A stretch of DNA of 64,000 nucleotides from Lytechinus pictus. Its lineage: Eukaryota. The position numbers were made by a program, and so were the translations under genes. The stretch covers positions 5,210,001-5,274,000 of the forward strand of contig NC_087251.1 of the NCBI RefSeq assembly GCF_037042905.1. Reading direction: 5' to 3'. The notes beneath the pieces were generated by a model. The model had not been told where the DNA came from, searched no databases, and worked only from the letters and a program-made list of their open reading frames with translations. Shown piece after piece: positions 1 through 13,596 of this stretch (positions are counted from its first letter, which is position 1; every line of letters begins with the position of its first letter).

Positions 1-365
1 CAGATGCTGACATTTTCTCATGATGCATTGCGAATTTCGGCCTATTCGCTGCAACCGATAGATGGCGCAACGTATTGTGAATTCACTTACTAAGCATCAC
101 TTACATAATACATATTGTTTATTTTTCCAATGATTACATGTATATAATTATAGTGAACATCTGTAACATCTCATATTAATTGTTGTTGGGGGAACAAGTT
201 TAACATTATCATTATAACTTTATGGAAAGAAATGAAAAATGAGAATATGAAAGCTAAAAATAAGCAATCAGAAACAATTTTGATAAGCTTGTTTATAAAA
301 ATGAAATACAAGAAAGGGAATCAGAAATGGTTCAGTAGTTCTACTCACTTTGTACAGGGTTACAA

Positions 366-1012
366 TTGAAAAAAAAAACACTTAAAAAAAAACTTAATTT
401 CCTAAATGTATATCAGTTGAATCAATATTGTGTAGCATTAATGGTTTTTAAACATAAACAAAATAAAGTGCCGTATAATCTTGCCTCTAGGATCAAAGGT
501 AAAATATTGATGCACAGTTATAACACTATAAATCCTGAAAATTATTATGTTGAAGAATGTAAAATGCAGCATCTTCCTTTTCTTTTAAATTCAAAGGACC
601 TTGCATTTGGAATTCTCTTCCCCGTAACATCAAACAGATCTCATATTTAAATTCCTTTAAATCCAAGTTGAAAAACTTTCTTTTCAACTATCCAACATCT
701 TAATTTAATTTATCCCATCATATTTCCTAATTATTATATGTTTATTTTATCAGTACAAGTCTTGAATTTTATATTTTACTGTCCATAGGCACTGCCTCGA
801 CAGAACATTTGCTTTGTTCTTTTGCAGCTTCCCATTTCATGTTCATTTTTATGCATGTACTGTAATTATCCTTATACAATCTTTGCCTTTTTTTAATCTT
901 ACTTGCATCTTACTATGTATCTTTGTTTCTTTGTTTCTTTATGTATTTTTGATGTTTTTTATATGCTCAATGTATTTTAATGGACTTGAATAAATAAATG
1001 AATGAATGAAAT
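366..1012 (+). mobile_element. 3' end of a decayed CR1-group (L2/Crack-like) LINE
   Basis: Frameshifted remnant LNVYQLNQYCVALMVFK...HSYNT...GPCIWNSLP...SFKSKLKNFL resembles the C-terminus of CR1-group ORF2; it is followed by an AT-rich UTR ending aataaataaatgaatgaatgaaatg. Confidence 0.75.
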
Positions 1013-1210
1013 GCCAATATCCAGTTTTAAAAGCATAGAGAATTTACATCAGTTAACCGTTCATTCTATTGCAAGGAGAGAATTGTAGATCTTACAGAGA
1101 TGCCACATCTTCCACTGACAAATCTTAATTTTGTGTTCTAACTAAGGATGTTCTTACCTGCTTTGTCTAAAAAAATGTTATTTAGGATGCTACCACAATT
1201 AGAAATACCA

Positions 1211-1421
1211 GGGCCCGCTGCATAAAAGTTGCTATTAATTTTATTATGAAATATAATTATAGCCATCCAATTCTCACTCCCATTGTAATGCTGATCACTT
1301 TCCAATTAGACTCAAGGACTCCATGCAAGTTACCATTGCATGGCAAAGTTACCATAGTGGTTGCCCCGGGAACCTCGACACGACGTCTTTAGACAGTGGT
1401 AACTTTAATGCAATGGGGCCC
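1211..1421. mobile_element. Harbinger-type MITE (GGGCCC-ended family)
   Basis: Termini gggcccgctgcataaaagtt / aactttaatgcaatggggccc, with CAG on both flanks; same end motif as 63428-63582. Confidence 0.65.
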
Positions 1422-1597
1422 AGGTTGCCACTGTGATAGCACATTAGTTGTTACACATGGGTCTCTGAAAGAGAATATCAACAAAGTTATGTGTCCTTTA
1501 CCAACTTTTTTCATCCAGGTTATGGGGATATTAATGTGAAAGCAATTTTTGATGAGAGGAAAAAAGGATTGCACATCTTTTATCATAGGAACATGAT

Positions 1598-1962
1598 ATA
1601 TGCTTTTCACACTGCATTTCCTTAACCCATTACTATCTTTTTTGGTTTCACAATGTCTTTCTTAATCCCATACTATTTGCTTAGCCGGAGTTAACGCCCT
1701 TAACCACGGACTATCACACAGCTCATGAATATTGATGATTTTGCCACACAGAGCGTGATTAACGTGCAATTTCGATTTCTCTCATTGGCTAGTGCTTAGC
1801 CCCACTGTTCCTTAGCCTGGTTGGTTTCACGCTGCAGTTCTTAGCACCGCAAGTTGTGTGAAACCGAAGTGGGCTAAGCTTAACCCCGGGAAATTGGTGG
1901 GGCTAAGGCCCTCCCCCTTAGCCCTAGGGTTAAGGAAAATTTATGTAGTGTGAAAAGCATAT
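1598..1962. mobile_element. Non-autonomous TIR element (Harbinger-like)
   Basis: TIRs atatgcttttcacactgcat..ttccttaaccc / gggttaaggaaaat..atgtagtgtgaaaagcatat, with internal cttagccc/cttaaccc subterminal repeats. Confidence 0.65.
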
Positions 1963-2810
1963 GAGTCTGTACCAGAACCTATTTGGTTTAGTCAGGTGTG
2001 AATGCATTGCATATAAATTAGTTAATTATCACATATTTTCAGGCCTAAACACTTTCTCATAATTTATGGCATTTATTGCTGATCAGGAAGATGTGAATGT
2101 GCCTTGTGAGCAAGAGGTTTCTTGTCCATTTTATTGCTTTTATTTCAACTCTACCTTCTTTCAGGTAAAAGGTTTATGTCACAAGGGATTTGAATGAAAG
2201 CACACATCTTGTGCCAGTTAATCACTGAGCCAGTAAAAAGCATGGATTGTTGGGTAGTCATTAGTGCTTTGATCCATTGGGATTGATCAAGATGCTCTGG
2301 CTTCTGCCTAACATGGCTTGCTTTCTAATCGCCATTGTTGTAAGTGAATCTAGTTAATTAGTTTAAGATACGATATAATCTTTGCTAAACTATCCTGGGG
2401 GTTGAAGTTCTGGATCTGAGTGCACTTTACTGTTTCCTAGGTCAATTTGTAAAGCTTGTTCACGGTGCAACATGAATCAGAAACATTTTGTCTATGCATT
2501 ATGATACAACGTAAAGAGTTGCAGAGACATATTTAGGGAGTCTTACTTTGCAAGAAAAAAAAATTGTGGACCAATCCCATTTAGCTCACAACTAATTTTG
2601 TTAAAACGTTGCAGGAATAGGTTCATGATATCATAGCCAGTATGCATGAGAGAGCTGATGTAATACACCTTATAATGTATATGTATGTCTATTATCTTTA
2701 GAGAGAGAGAGAGAGAGAGAGCTTCCTTCGATGCAAGAACTTCCTTAACACCACACTTAGCACATTGCATGCACACAAAAATGCCCTTAGCAGCACACAT
2801 AATACATGTA

Positions 2811-3710
2811 CTAGCAGAGCCCGTGGAAATTCCACGGGTTTTGGGGGTGTGATTAAGTTAAATAGAATTTGTTGTAGATTGACATGTTTATTCAAGATAG
2901 GGAAAGAAATAAACATTTGAATTTTTTAAGAGTTGTGGTTTGAAAGGAATGTGAAAGTTAGGTTTTTATTTGAAGTCGTAATTTGTTTTGAAAAATATAT
3001 GATTGATTAAAGGTAATAGTGAGAGAGTAAAAAGTGATAGAGTATAGGATTATGGTTAATATAAGAAATACAGATAAGAGAATTAAAATGCTATTGAAGT
3101 CGGACGAATATGATATTTAGTTAAAGTAGCGTTTAAAAATATTGCCCCTAATTTTAACTATAAAAAGGGAAGTTTAAAAAGTATTTGGTTTTGGAGGATT
3201 TACATTAACCCTTTTATTTACTTGTTCAACGTATTTCATTGCTTTAGCTGATATTCATTTTATCGCCCCCGCTTTTTATTTATTTATTTTTTTACTCTTT
3301 TTTATTTCTATTGGTCCAAAAAAGTAAAGTAGGAAGAAAACATTTTAAAATGACGCAAGTTTATTTATTTTTATTTTATTTTTTATTTTTTGTCCCCTTT
3401 ATCACTAAAAAAAAAGGATTAAAGAAAGAAAATAATAAGGAAATACAAAGGAAAGGAAGGACGAAAGAAAAGAAAGAAGTGAAAGGTAAAGAAAGGATAA
3501 ATAAAAGGGAAAAAAGAAAGAACAAAGTGAAAGGAGTCAAAGGGAGAAATGTAAAATAAAAAGAAAAAAAGTATGAAAGCAATGGGGAAAAAACGAAGAA
3601 GCCGTAGTTGCGATATGGACTGAAGTTAGCGATCATAATGATGTGAACTTGCCGCGCGGACACACAGGCAGCGCAAACTGCCCCATCCTTCGCGAGGCAG
3701 GTTCACTTTA
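2811..3710 (-). mobile_element. Helitron 3' terminus and adjacent body (5' end not located)
   Basis: Minus strand reads CCCGTGGAA-T-TTCCACGGG hairpin (2820-2838), a short spacer, then CTAG|T (2811-2814), which is the canonical Helitron 3' end. The right boundary given is only where the Harbinger insertion starts. Confidence 0.65.
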
Positions 3711-4611
3711 GGGCCGTCTGCACCATCCCGAGTTTTCAAATTAGCGCGCTATTTCTGATCCGGCAAATTATCCCGATCTGAAAAATCTCGAGATAGTTTG
3801 CAGTGGAGACGCAATTATCGCGCTAGTTCGTAGGATTAATCTCGAGATTGCAATCCCAAGTCAACTCGGGTTTATTTGCGAAATAGCGCGCTATTTTACG
3901 AATTATCCCGCTGGTGCAGACGCACTCGAGATTGGACTCGGGGTAATTTATTCATGACGTCAGTCCATAATGCAATTCGCGTTCCACTTCCGCCTTGGTC
4001 AAAACATAAACACGTGCGAAAGTCAACTTTATACATGCGAATAGATTTATCGCGAATATTAATAGCGTTCATCAATTGCCTAATCAGCAACGATGGTGTC
4101 CCACCAGTGAATGGATTTTGGGAGAGACCAGACCGAAGGGGGAGGCGCTCATCGACGATGGTCATATTCAATAACAACACTGACAGCAGTGTCGTCTTAT
4201 TCCTTCGCAAAATGTGAGCAAATAGCATTTCTTTCCCCCTTCTCTCCCCCTCTCTCTCTCTCTGTCGTTGCCTCCTACTCCGCCATCATATTTAACGAAG
4301 AATACATCACTTCTTCACTCGCTGAGCTGAGAGGATTGTTGCATAACACTGGTCGAATTCGGCGAAAGTGCTAGTGAAAGGAGTACATTGCTTGCATATC
4401 GCGGGAAGTTATTCAAAAGCGCGGGCCGTTGAAACTCCAAGATCCGAAAGTGCGCATGCTCGGAATATCGGGTTTGTTGCCTCGCTCGAGCAGGAATCGC
4501 TGTCTTGCGATGGTGCAGACGGGGTTTCTTGAATCTCGAGATTAATCGCGAAGTGGGCCGATCGGGCTAAAATCTCGAGATTGAGCAAACTCGGGATGGT
4601 GCAGCACCGCC
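3711..4611 (-). mobile_element. Internally deleted PIF/Harbinger element with transposase remnant
   Basis: TIRs gggccgtctgcaccatcccgagttt / aaactcgggatggtgcagcaccgcc, preceded by TTA; many ctcgag/tcgcg subterminal motifs; minus-strand remnant RR*APPPSVWSLPKSIHWWDTIVAD...IRMYKVDF resembles the Harbinger transposase N-terminus (VW..xS..WW / FRM). Confidence 0.7.
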
Positions 4612-5051
4612 TATAGAATAAAATAAAATTATATTGTGCCAAAATTAATTGGCGAAAATTGCCCAGTGCGAAAATGCATTTCAGTTGTGACAGAATGCCA
4701 AAATCTCATTTCACGTTCACTTTAAATTCTACACATGATTCAAATCAAAGATCTCGCCATGTTTTATATATTTGTCCTTTTAAACGGTATTCGAATGTGG
4801 TTACGCCTTGTTTTTGTTTTCCACAGTAATTATTGCATGTATGAACAGAAGTGAAATATTTGTTGTGAAGCACTGTGTGAATGTTGTGTGATCATGGAGC
4901 TATGGTGTGATGGTATTCTAATTAATTCATCATTTTTGTTATGTGACTGTAAACCTGGTGGATGTGAGGGAGTGGCCTGGATGAAAGGAAAGTGAACATG
5001 TGTCCAATTACTGATTTGCATATGTGCATTCCCTACATTCCATGCAAAGAG

Positions 5052-5603
5052 TAAAGGAGAAGTCCACCCCACCAAAAAAATTAATTTGAATTTAAGGAAA
5101 AATAAAGTATTGCAGAAAATTTCATAAAAACTATGATTCAAAAGTTAAAAAATTACTATTTTGACATTGAGAAATTTGCCTAATTAAATTACAAAACAAT
5201 TATATGCTCATCTTGGTCAATGTGCAAATTACAGAACCGATTATGTCACACACACACTCTAATTTCTTGTGTATTTTTTTTGTTTGATACATGTACATGA
5301 CATGTATATTTCATTTTAATTTATTTATTTTCTTCAACAAATTTTGAGAGGGATTTTAATTCCTCCATTAACATTCGTAGTTTCCATGAATGTAATATAT
5401 TGTGATTCGATGAGTTTTTATATCAAATTTGCTAAAATTGATATAATAAAATGCAACCAAAATTTAGAAAGTAATGTGATGTGAGTGACATAATCAACTC
5501 TATTTGCATACCATTGTTTTGTGTATATAACTGTTTTGTGTTAAAAAAGGGAAATTACTCTATTAATTCAAAGATTTTTTGTTGATGTGCACTTGACCTT
5601 TAA
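5052..5603. mobile_element. Decayed TTAA-type MITE (TAAAGG...CCTTTAA family)
   Basis: Begins taaaggagaagtccaccc and ends gtgcacttgacctttaa; internal gatgtgagtgacataatcaac motif shared with the 7.5-8.2 kb element. Confidence 0.5.
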
Positions 5604-7529
5604 CGCACTTCCCTTCCCACCCCTGCCCAAATAAGTGTAATCAAGAACTTGAAAATCAAAAGTGATTAAGAAGAAGTAAGATTTAATCATAGTTATTAAT
5701 AGCTCCATGATTTAATAATACAGGCCTAAATAGAAATTCACATGAAAGTAAAAAGAGAATAAAGCTGGGTAGGAACGGGGAAGGAATATGATTTAAAGAA
5801 AAAGCAAAAAAAAATCCACATCACCCCCCGAAATTTTTTTTTTTTAAATACACGTTTCGGCGGATTCGATCCAGGGTCCCTGTACACGTCAAAACATTGT
5901 GCTTACGTAAGTCGCCACAGATCGCTTTCAAACTATTGTCGGGTTTTTAATGCTATATCAAATGTTGTAAGTCTGTGCGCCGCTGTTGACCAATCAGAAC
6001 GCGGCGTTCGGAGCGAGACGACCCACGTGACGCGTCTGTCGTCTGCAACGGTCGAATGTTGGGCTACAACGCGCAAGTCTACGGGGATTTTTGGTGGAAG
6101 AATCGGACGACTATTTCGTCGTGCGAGGTCGTGATGGGCTTGGAGTGCGGCGAGTCCGTGAAGAGTGGCAGGCCTGACACGCGGTGCGATTTTGGAGCCT
6201 GGGCGTGGCGGATCCCGGGAGGAGATACGGTTCAATCGATCACCCCCCTCCGGGCTTAGAGTATTCATGTAATAGTTGGGCATTGGATAAGGGCATTTTT
6301 GGACCTATGTGGTGCACAAAAATGTTTCGCAAGAGAGTTCTTGCACCTGCATGATGAGTGTATGACATCTGCTCATCCAGTTGCATATATGATATTGGTT
6401 GTGTTGTGCCTATCACTTTTTATTTTCCAACCAAACAAATCTTCAAAATTTCATGCTTTTCTTACATCTAATTTTTGTGAAATCCTCAGATTTTATACGA
6501 GTTATTTTTTTATGATAATAAAGATGACAGAGGTTGAACAAGTTCTTCTTAAATTATGCACTATAGAATGATGGATACCACCACAAGACATTCTTTACAC
6601 ATCCAGGTGGGACAAGGAAATATGGCACCATGTCCGTGAGGCTTAGTTACAGATTTCTGTGAACTGTAAATGTATTCAATCAAGAGAATTGATCTAGCCA
6701 ATTTACTTCAGTAAGGCTCCTTGCCAAACCCAACAGTATGTAAATCCTCATTGTAAATGAACTGATTGTATTTGTCATTAACCCTTCAGGTTCCAAAATC
6801 TTCATTCCCTATATGTTAAAAAGCAGGGTGTGCTTAACACTACCTTAGGCTAAAGTATGATTGGTGATTGGACTACTAGAAACTGAATAGGTGTCTAAAG
6901 CGTTGTGTGCATTTGCCGTTTGTATTTACATGTATTTGTATCATTTATTGCTGACCCTGTGAAACTATATTGTAAAAAAAAAATTATTGACCCCATTTTT
7001 ACAACTTCTTCACACAATGAATGCTGCTTCAAATTAATAGTTATTGTAAATTCAGTGCTTATTGTACACTTCTGGATAACCTTTGTCACTTGCATTGAAA
7101 ATCATATCAACCAACATTATTTATTTCTCTATGAGATATTGGTTGTCATGGTCATTCAATTTTCTTAAAGTTTATTTTAAGTTTTGGTAAATCCCCTCAT
7201 GCATGTCATTATTCTATTTCATTACTAGATTATACTGATGCTTGCGCTTTAAAACAATTATGTGAAGAATATAAAATTAAAATAGGTTTTATTGGATAAA
7301 GTTTCTGATTTTACACAAAAATTTGATTTTTTCAGGTGCCTGATCAAATTAAAATATCTGCATTTTTTTGTCTGTTTTTATAAACACCAACACAAGAAAT
7401 GGATTGGGCTGAGAATTTCAGGATATAATCCTTGTCAGTAGCTTTCTAGTGTACCATTACTAAACATAAAGAGTAAGTGCTCTAACTGCTATTTCAAATA
7501 AAAGTTTAATCATTACAGAGGGAGAGCTC

Positions 7530-8212
7530 TATATTTAAATTTAAATCCCAATTGGTGGTAAAATGCCATATTTAAATGGATGGTCCAGGCTGGAGATATT
7601 TATATCTAAATAAATAGAGTAAAATGCTGAAAATTTGATCAAAATCGGATAACAAATAACAAAGTTATTGAATTTTAAAGAATTTGCATTATTCTGGTTG
7701 AACAGTTCTAGGCATGTCTCATGAATATTCATTAGGTAGGCTGATGATGTCATATCCTCACTTGTTCTTTTGTATTTTATTATGTGAAATAAAGTTTATT
7801 CAAATTTTTTCTACCGAGAACTATAACAACTGGATTGACAACTGATTAAGTGCATTAGTTATTTATTACCCCAACTTATTTCATCATAATGGAGACACAT
7901 CACTTACACATGTATGAAAAAATGAAACGATTATAATTTCATGTAATAACATTAGAAAAAGGAAAGTGGGGATGTGACATCATCAACCCACCTAATTAAT
8001 ATCCATGAAGACATGCCTAGAACTGTTCAACCAGAATAATGCAAATTCTTTAAAATTCAATAACTTTGTTATTTGTTATCCGATTTTGATCAAATTTTGA
8101 GCATTTTACTCTGTGAATTTTACTCTATTTATTTAGATATAAATATCTCCAGCCTGGACCATCCATTTAAATATGGCATTTTACCAACCATTGGGATTTA
8201 AATTTAAATATA
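7530..8212. mobile_element. Long-TIR foldback MITE (TTAA-type) with extended inverted flanks
   Basis: About 240-bp near-perfect inverted arms (7530-7770 vs ~7960-8212); a further partial right arm lies at ~8238-8310. Confidence 0.8.
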
Positions 8213-11200
8213 AGTGTTTTCACAAAATGTTGGTAAACTTTAAAATTCAATAACTTTGTTATTTGTTATCCAATTTTTAATAAAATTTTCAGCATTTTGC
8301 TCTGTGAAAAATGCATTCAATGATGATTACGCTTTTGTGATATTGTAATATTTGATGATACTTTAGAAAATGTCATGATCAATTTGATGGAATTGTAAAG
8401 TTGGGCTTGAAAATTCCTTTAAAAGTTCCTCATTTAATTTTAGAAAATTTTATGTGATATTTTGGAAGCCATTCATAAGGCTTTGTATGATTTCTTCAAA
8501 TATTGATGTGTGTGTGTGTATATATATGTATATTTGTACATATCTTCCTGGTGATGCTGGGATTGTATATGAACTTTTGTTGTAACGATGCAATTTTCAT
8601 TAAATATCTGGAGTAAGTATGCAAGCTTCAAGGATTCAGTCTTTTATCAGTCATCATAATGAAGGTGGGAAAACTGTCAATTTCTCTGAAGCCATACAGT
8701 AGAATGTGTCGTATGAATTCCTCAAGAGATTCCTTGATTAATTTTCCAAGCCATACATTACTGCCTCCTTCAATATTTTTTATTCTTACAGTTTAGTGAA
8801 ATTCATAACTCTCATCAACCAATTCACCACAAAATGGTGAACCAGACCAAGAAAGCAAAGTTTGATTCCGGTGCTGATTGGCATGTGGGTAGTGCCGGGT
8901 ACAGAATATGTACATATTAATGACCTCATTCGCATATTGCTTCTGGTTGGTTGAAAAGGACCAAGGTGAACTTTACCCCCTTTTTATAGTTCGTTTTCGA
9001 TGCTGGAGAGCGGCCCTCAGGTTTATATTTGTTTATAGTAAATAGTGGTAGTAAAATACGAGCTGTGATTGGCAAGATTGGTATCATGTGACCTCCCTTC
9101 AAAAAGTTATATTGTACCTCACTTTCGATTTTTGGAGGGTAAAACCTGTGATAATGAATGGGGAGAATAAAGATTAATGGCAAAAAAAAGCCCATTTAGC
9201 CAGTAAACCCTACGCGTCTACATTTACTGAGCGCATGCAATGCATTGAATCTTAATTTGTATTTGTCACTTTTTCCTGACACGTGCAAGGTACATTATGG
9301 ACGGTACATTTTGGATGGTAAGTGTGCAAAGTTACAAACATTTGACATTCAGCCTCCCATTTTGCTCGCGTACAACAAGCTAAGTATGCGTTGTACAATT
9401 TACTATAATAATTAGTAAACGTTCTATCATACAATATTACTGGACTATATGAACTCCAAATATAATATCATGCCTCATGCAGGTTTATTTCACCTCAGAC
9501 TTCGGCCTCGGTGAAATAAACCCCCACTCCGGATAATTTTATATTTGTTGTATATATAATCCAGTATGTTGTACAATACACTATTCATATAATATACTAT
9601 AGCAAGCATGAAATTTCTTTTTTTTTTCATAGTGGCATTTAATTCATTTTATCAACTATTTCTTTCGTTAGCTGGTCAACAAATTTTTGATAAAGAAACT
9701 CACACTGTACTCAGGCTTACTCTTCCATCTTCGCTCATCTATGATAGATTAATAATAATATTATAGAGTGAATTTTCCTCAACTATAGCATTATTTACTG
9801 TTTGGCTGGTTGTTTATTTTCATATTGACAAGTAATGACATTTGTTTATTGCACAATCAATTTGTTTGTAGTGAATTTCTTGTGGTTTCATAGTAAAAAT
9901 CAAGGAATGATTTAATCTTTTCTTGAAAACTTATAGAAAAAAATTAATGTCGAGTTGATTTAACACAAAATTTAAGAGAAAGTGCGCATAGATTCCAAGA
10001 AATGTCAAAGAATAGAATTGCATGTTTAAAATATAGATTTTAGGTAATACCAGCTTAGGGTATCATAATTGCATATACATGTATGGTCTTATCCTTAGAA
10101 AAGTGCTTGGTGGATTGGTGCTTGGTGGGGGCATACAACAGATATTTCTGGTGAATTATTATTTCTGTTTGGTTACTTTTTAATTGCTGAGCAACAATTA
10201 TAAATGTGTATTGCTCTTGATGAGAATTGATCCTCTTTAATATATAAATTTGCTGTGCTCTAGAAGGAATGATTTGTATTCATGGCTTTGCCTACACATA
10301 AAGTAAAATGGTTTATCTCAGTTTATGTGGGTGTTTTCTCATGCATTTCATTTTCTTTCTGAAATATATTTATATATTGTGCAAATGACAGTGAAAGTTT
10401 TTGTACATTTTCATAATCCTCTTTGAAATAGAAAGCACTAATCCTCCTTGATGGCATAGCCAAATAGCAATTGAGCTGGGGTAGTGATATCCAAAGCCAA
10501 TCGAAAGTGCTTCACGGATTTTTACTTTCTTGTTTGTTTAGGTTTTGATTTTCTTTCTTATAGGAGTTCATAAAATTGCATCAAAAGTCTGTCTAGAGCT
10601 GGGTTCAATAATGTGAGTTACTGGAGAATCATCTTAAATCCCAATATGTGTAGTGACTACTGAATACTTTTCCAATCTTTGATTCTATGTAAAAATTTGA
10701 ATTGTACTTTTTGAAAATATCAAGTGCCGTCTATCTGTAATTCTTTTTTTTTTCTCTCTCTCTCTGATAAAGGGATCTTTTGAACATTTATTGTTATGGG
10801 CACCTGGGGGGGGGGGGGGTGTTCAAACATGGCTTGTTAAAAGGAATTTGAAATGTCCATGCTGCTGGTGTTCACACAGTGATGGAAAATGTCCTAGCCT
10901 CTATATACAGCTACCCCCCCCCCTTCTCAGATATATCTATCTCACAACATCCCTTAAGGGGTAACTAAAGTGCACCTGCTTCTGCTGCAGTTAAGTCTCT
11001 CTACCATTAAGAAATTCAAGGCTTCTTTGTTCAATCATTCCAATATCAATGTATAATCTTTCTCCTTCTCAATTTCCAGATAGCCATTTAGATAAGATGT
11101 ATAAAGAATATAACAGCAAATTGTCTTTTATCTCAGAGAATTGGGGAAGGATTAAAAATAGCATCGACCTATAAATTTCACCCACTCTCTGGGAATATTG

Positions 11201-12269
11201 TTTGTCCACTACATTTTCACTTCCAAATGATATTTTAATTTTTTTTCAATAAATAATAGGTATTTTTATAGGACCTCGTTCTAAAATTATATCATTATAC
11301 AGTATACATCCCCTCTTCAATCATTTATCCTTCATTTGGTAACTTTATTTCTACATGCAACTTCATTTTTAATTTGATACTCACATATCTTAATATAATC
11401 ATTTTTTACAATTACTAGTATGCAGGTGTGGACATGAAAAGAAGCAAGAGCACCATATATTTTGTTTGTGATATGGTCTATTGAATGAGTTACAGTGTAT
11501 AGCATTCATGTAAAGACTTTTACTTTCATTTTATGCAAAGAACTCTAAATAAATTTTTGACCAAAATTTATTGTCTGAAACGACGGTTTGGATGATTTGA
11601 CAAGTGGCCTAAACAAGTGCACAGTCTATGTCATAGATTCAAGGTCTATTTAGAATATCCCTTTGTCTGAAATTCATTCTAATTCTGAACATTTTGAGTT
11701 GTTATTAGTATATGATATGTTATCCTGAAGCAATGCTTATTTTCTTCTTCTGGATAGGCCATGGAAATATGAAGTGTGTTGCCTGTGGCAAAATATGAGT
11801 AGTTTTGTCTTAGCTTGAATTTGCTATTTTAGTCTGAGGTATAAAATGAACTTCAAGGGAATTACATCCTATATTTTTGTGCGTGTCTATTGACTAACAT
11901 GTAATGCTATAAACCCTTTCGCTTTTTTCATATCTGACAACATTGACAATTAGGCTGATTTGATAATATGATATGGTACCAGGAAAGCTGGGAATAAGGA
12001 ACTTGGAAAATTACAAAACAGCGTGCAATAAAATTTACAACTTCATCTATTATTAGTTTTAAAAGCTCTTGTTTTTTCCTGTAAAAATGCAATTATTTCT
12101 TAGAATTTTATGGGAGTTATTAATGAAAGTATTCTTCCATAAACAAGAATGTCATCATGACATTTTCAATACAATACTCATATTTCAGATTTTCAAGGCT
12201 ACTCTGAGATTACTATAAAAATAAATTAATCTATCCTGTTCCCATTTGATCACATGAACGCTTTGCTAG

Positions 12270-12633
12270 CGTTCCCATTTGATCACACGAAAGTGGTTTT
12301 CAAAATCACTTCACATAAAGCTATTGGAATGCTCTCAGTGGGGTGACACGTTTTACGCGAAATTCGAAACTGCAGCGTAGGCATTCTACACACAGTGCGT
12401 GGAGTAGCATGCTCAAAATGTGCGAAGATCGCTTCCCGAAGCACGGTTCTGTTCTCACTTACGCTAAAACCAGTTTAACGAGGCAAAGCGATCTTGAAAA
12501 CTACATCTCGAGGTGGTTTTATAAACTGGTTCGGAAGATCGCTTCCAAGATCGCTTTGACCGTTCTCATTACACGTTAAATGAGTTTCCACTAAACTAGT
12601 TTCCAGTTTTAGGAAGGTAGTGAGAACGGTGCC
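12270..12633. mobile_element. Partial Harbinger-like MITE
   Basis: Right end gtagtgagaacggtgcc|tta; internal aagatcgcttcc repeats; higher GC than the flanks; left TIR not found. Confidence 0.45.
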
Positions 12634-13385
12634 TTACATCCTTTCTATTTCCGTGCTACTCTCCTGATTCAGCTCCTGGTCAAACTTCTTAAAACAGTTC
12701 TGTCTCCATTATGTTTGAGCTATCACAAAGTATAGGTGTACATACATTTCTTATAACTGGTCCATGATTGTTGACTTTCCCTATCAGGGATAGGAGGGAC
12801 TACCTTTATAGTAATAAAGCATGTAAAAAAAAAGCATTTTAAGTTTGCAGACTAAGATAAAAATTACAATAAATTCAAGTTAAATGTTCAGGTTCACAGG
12901 ATTTCTTATTATTAATAGAAAGTCATAACTTGCAAAATAGATATTATAATGGAATAATTTTATATTTGGTTTAGACTCATATGTACAAATCAAGAGATGA
13001 AGAGATGTTTAGTGTTGTCGACAGCTCAAGTTTATTCATTCTTTGTGGAGTTTAATACCTTCTCTCATTGCATTACATTATACTTCATTTGAATCTTCTT
13101 CAAGCAGAAATTTCAAAGGTTGTTGCTTGGCTGAACAACCTGTAATCAATACTTGGCACAATTCTGCACTCTGGCGGTGTAGGGAATAGGGGGGTTTCCC
13201 TCTTGCCTCCTAAAACACATCTCAAATGGCATCTGCAGATGTGGTTCAACATATGTGTCTGGCGAGAAAGGGAAATGAAAGATCTGCGGTTAATTGGTAG
13301 CTTTTAACAAAGGAGTCTATTAAACCTTTTGAAGTTTTGTTACCAGGAGTTGATTACAGAAGTCATGAAATTATTGGTTAGAGTA

Positions 13386-13596
13386 CACTCTAAATTCCAA
13401 GGATTTAAAATAAATCCAGATCGGCTGTGAATAGTGACCAGCCAAATATTAGATTTAGTTTTAAACCTTGTACATTTGAATATAAATCTAAAAGATTTGA
13501 ATTTGAATCTTCTGAGATTTAAAATAAATCCAACATTTGGTTGGTCACTATCCACAGCCGATTTGGATTTATTTTAAATCCTTGGAATTTAGAGTG
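13386..13596. mobile_element. Palindromic MITE with CACT termini and TA flanks (EnSpm-like)
   Basis: ta|cactctaaattccaaggatttaaaataaatcc ... ggatttattttaaatccttggaatttagagtg|ta; nearly the whole element is an inverted repeat. Confidence 0.85.

Noticed and set aside
3311..3663. Lys-rich and Phe-rich ORFs; likewise 36385-36749
   Set aside because: Low-complexity purine-rich tracts with no domain signal.
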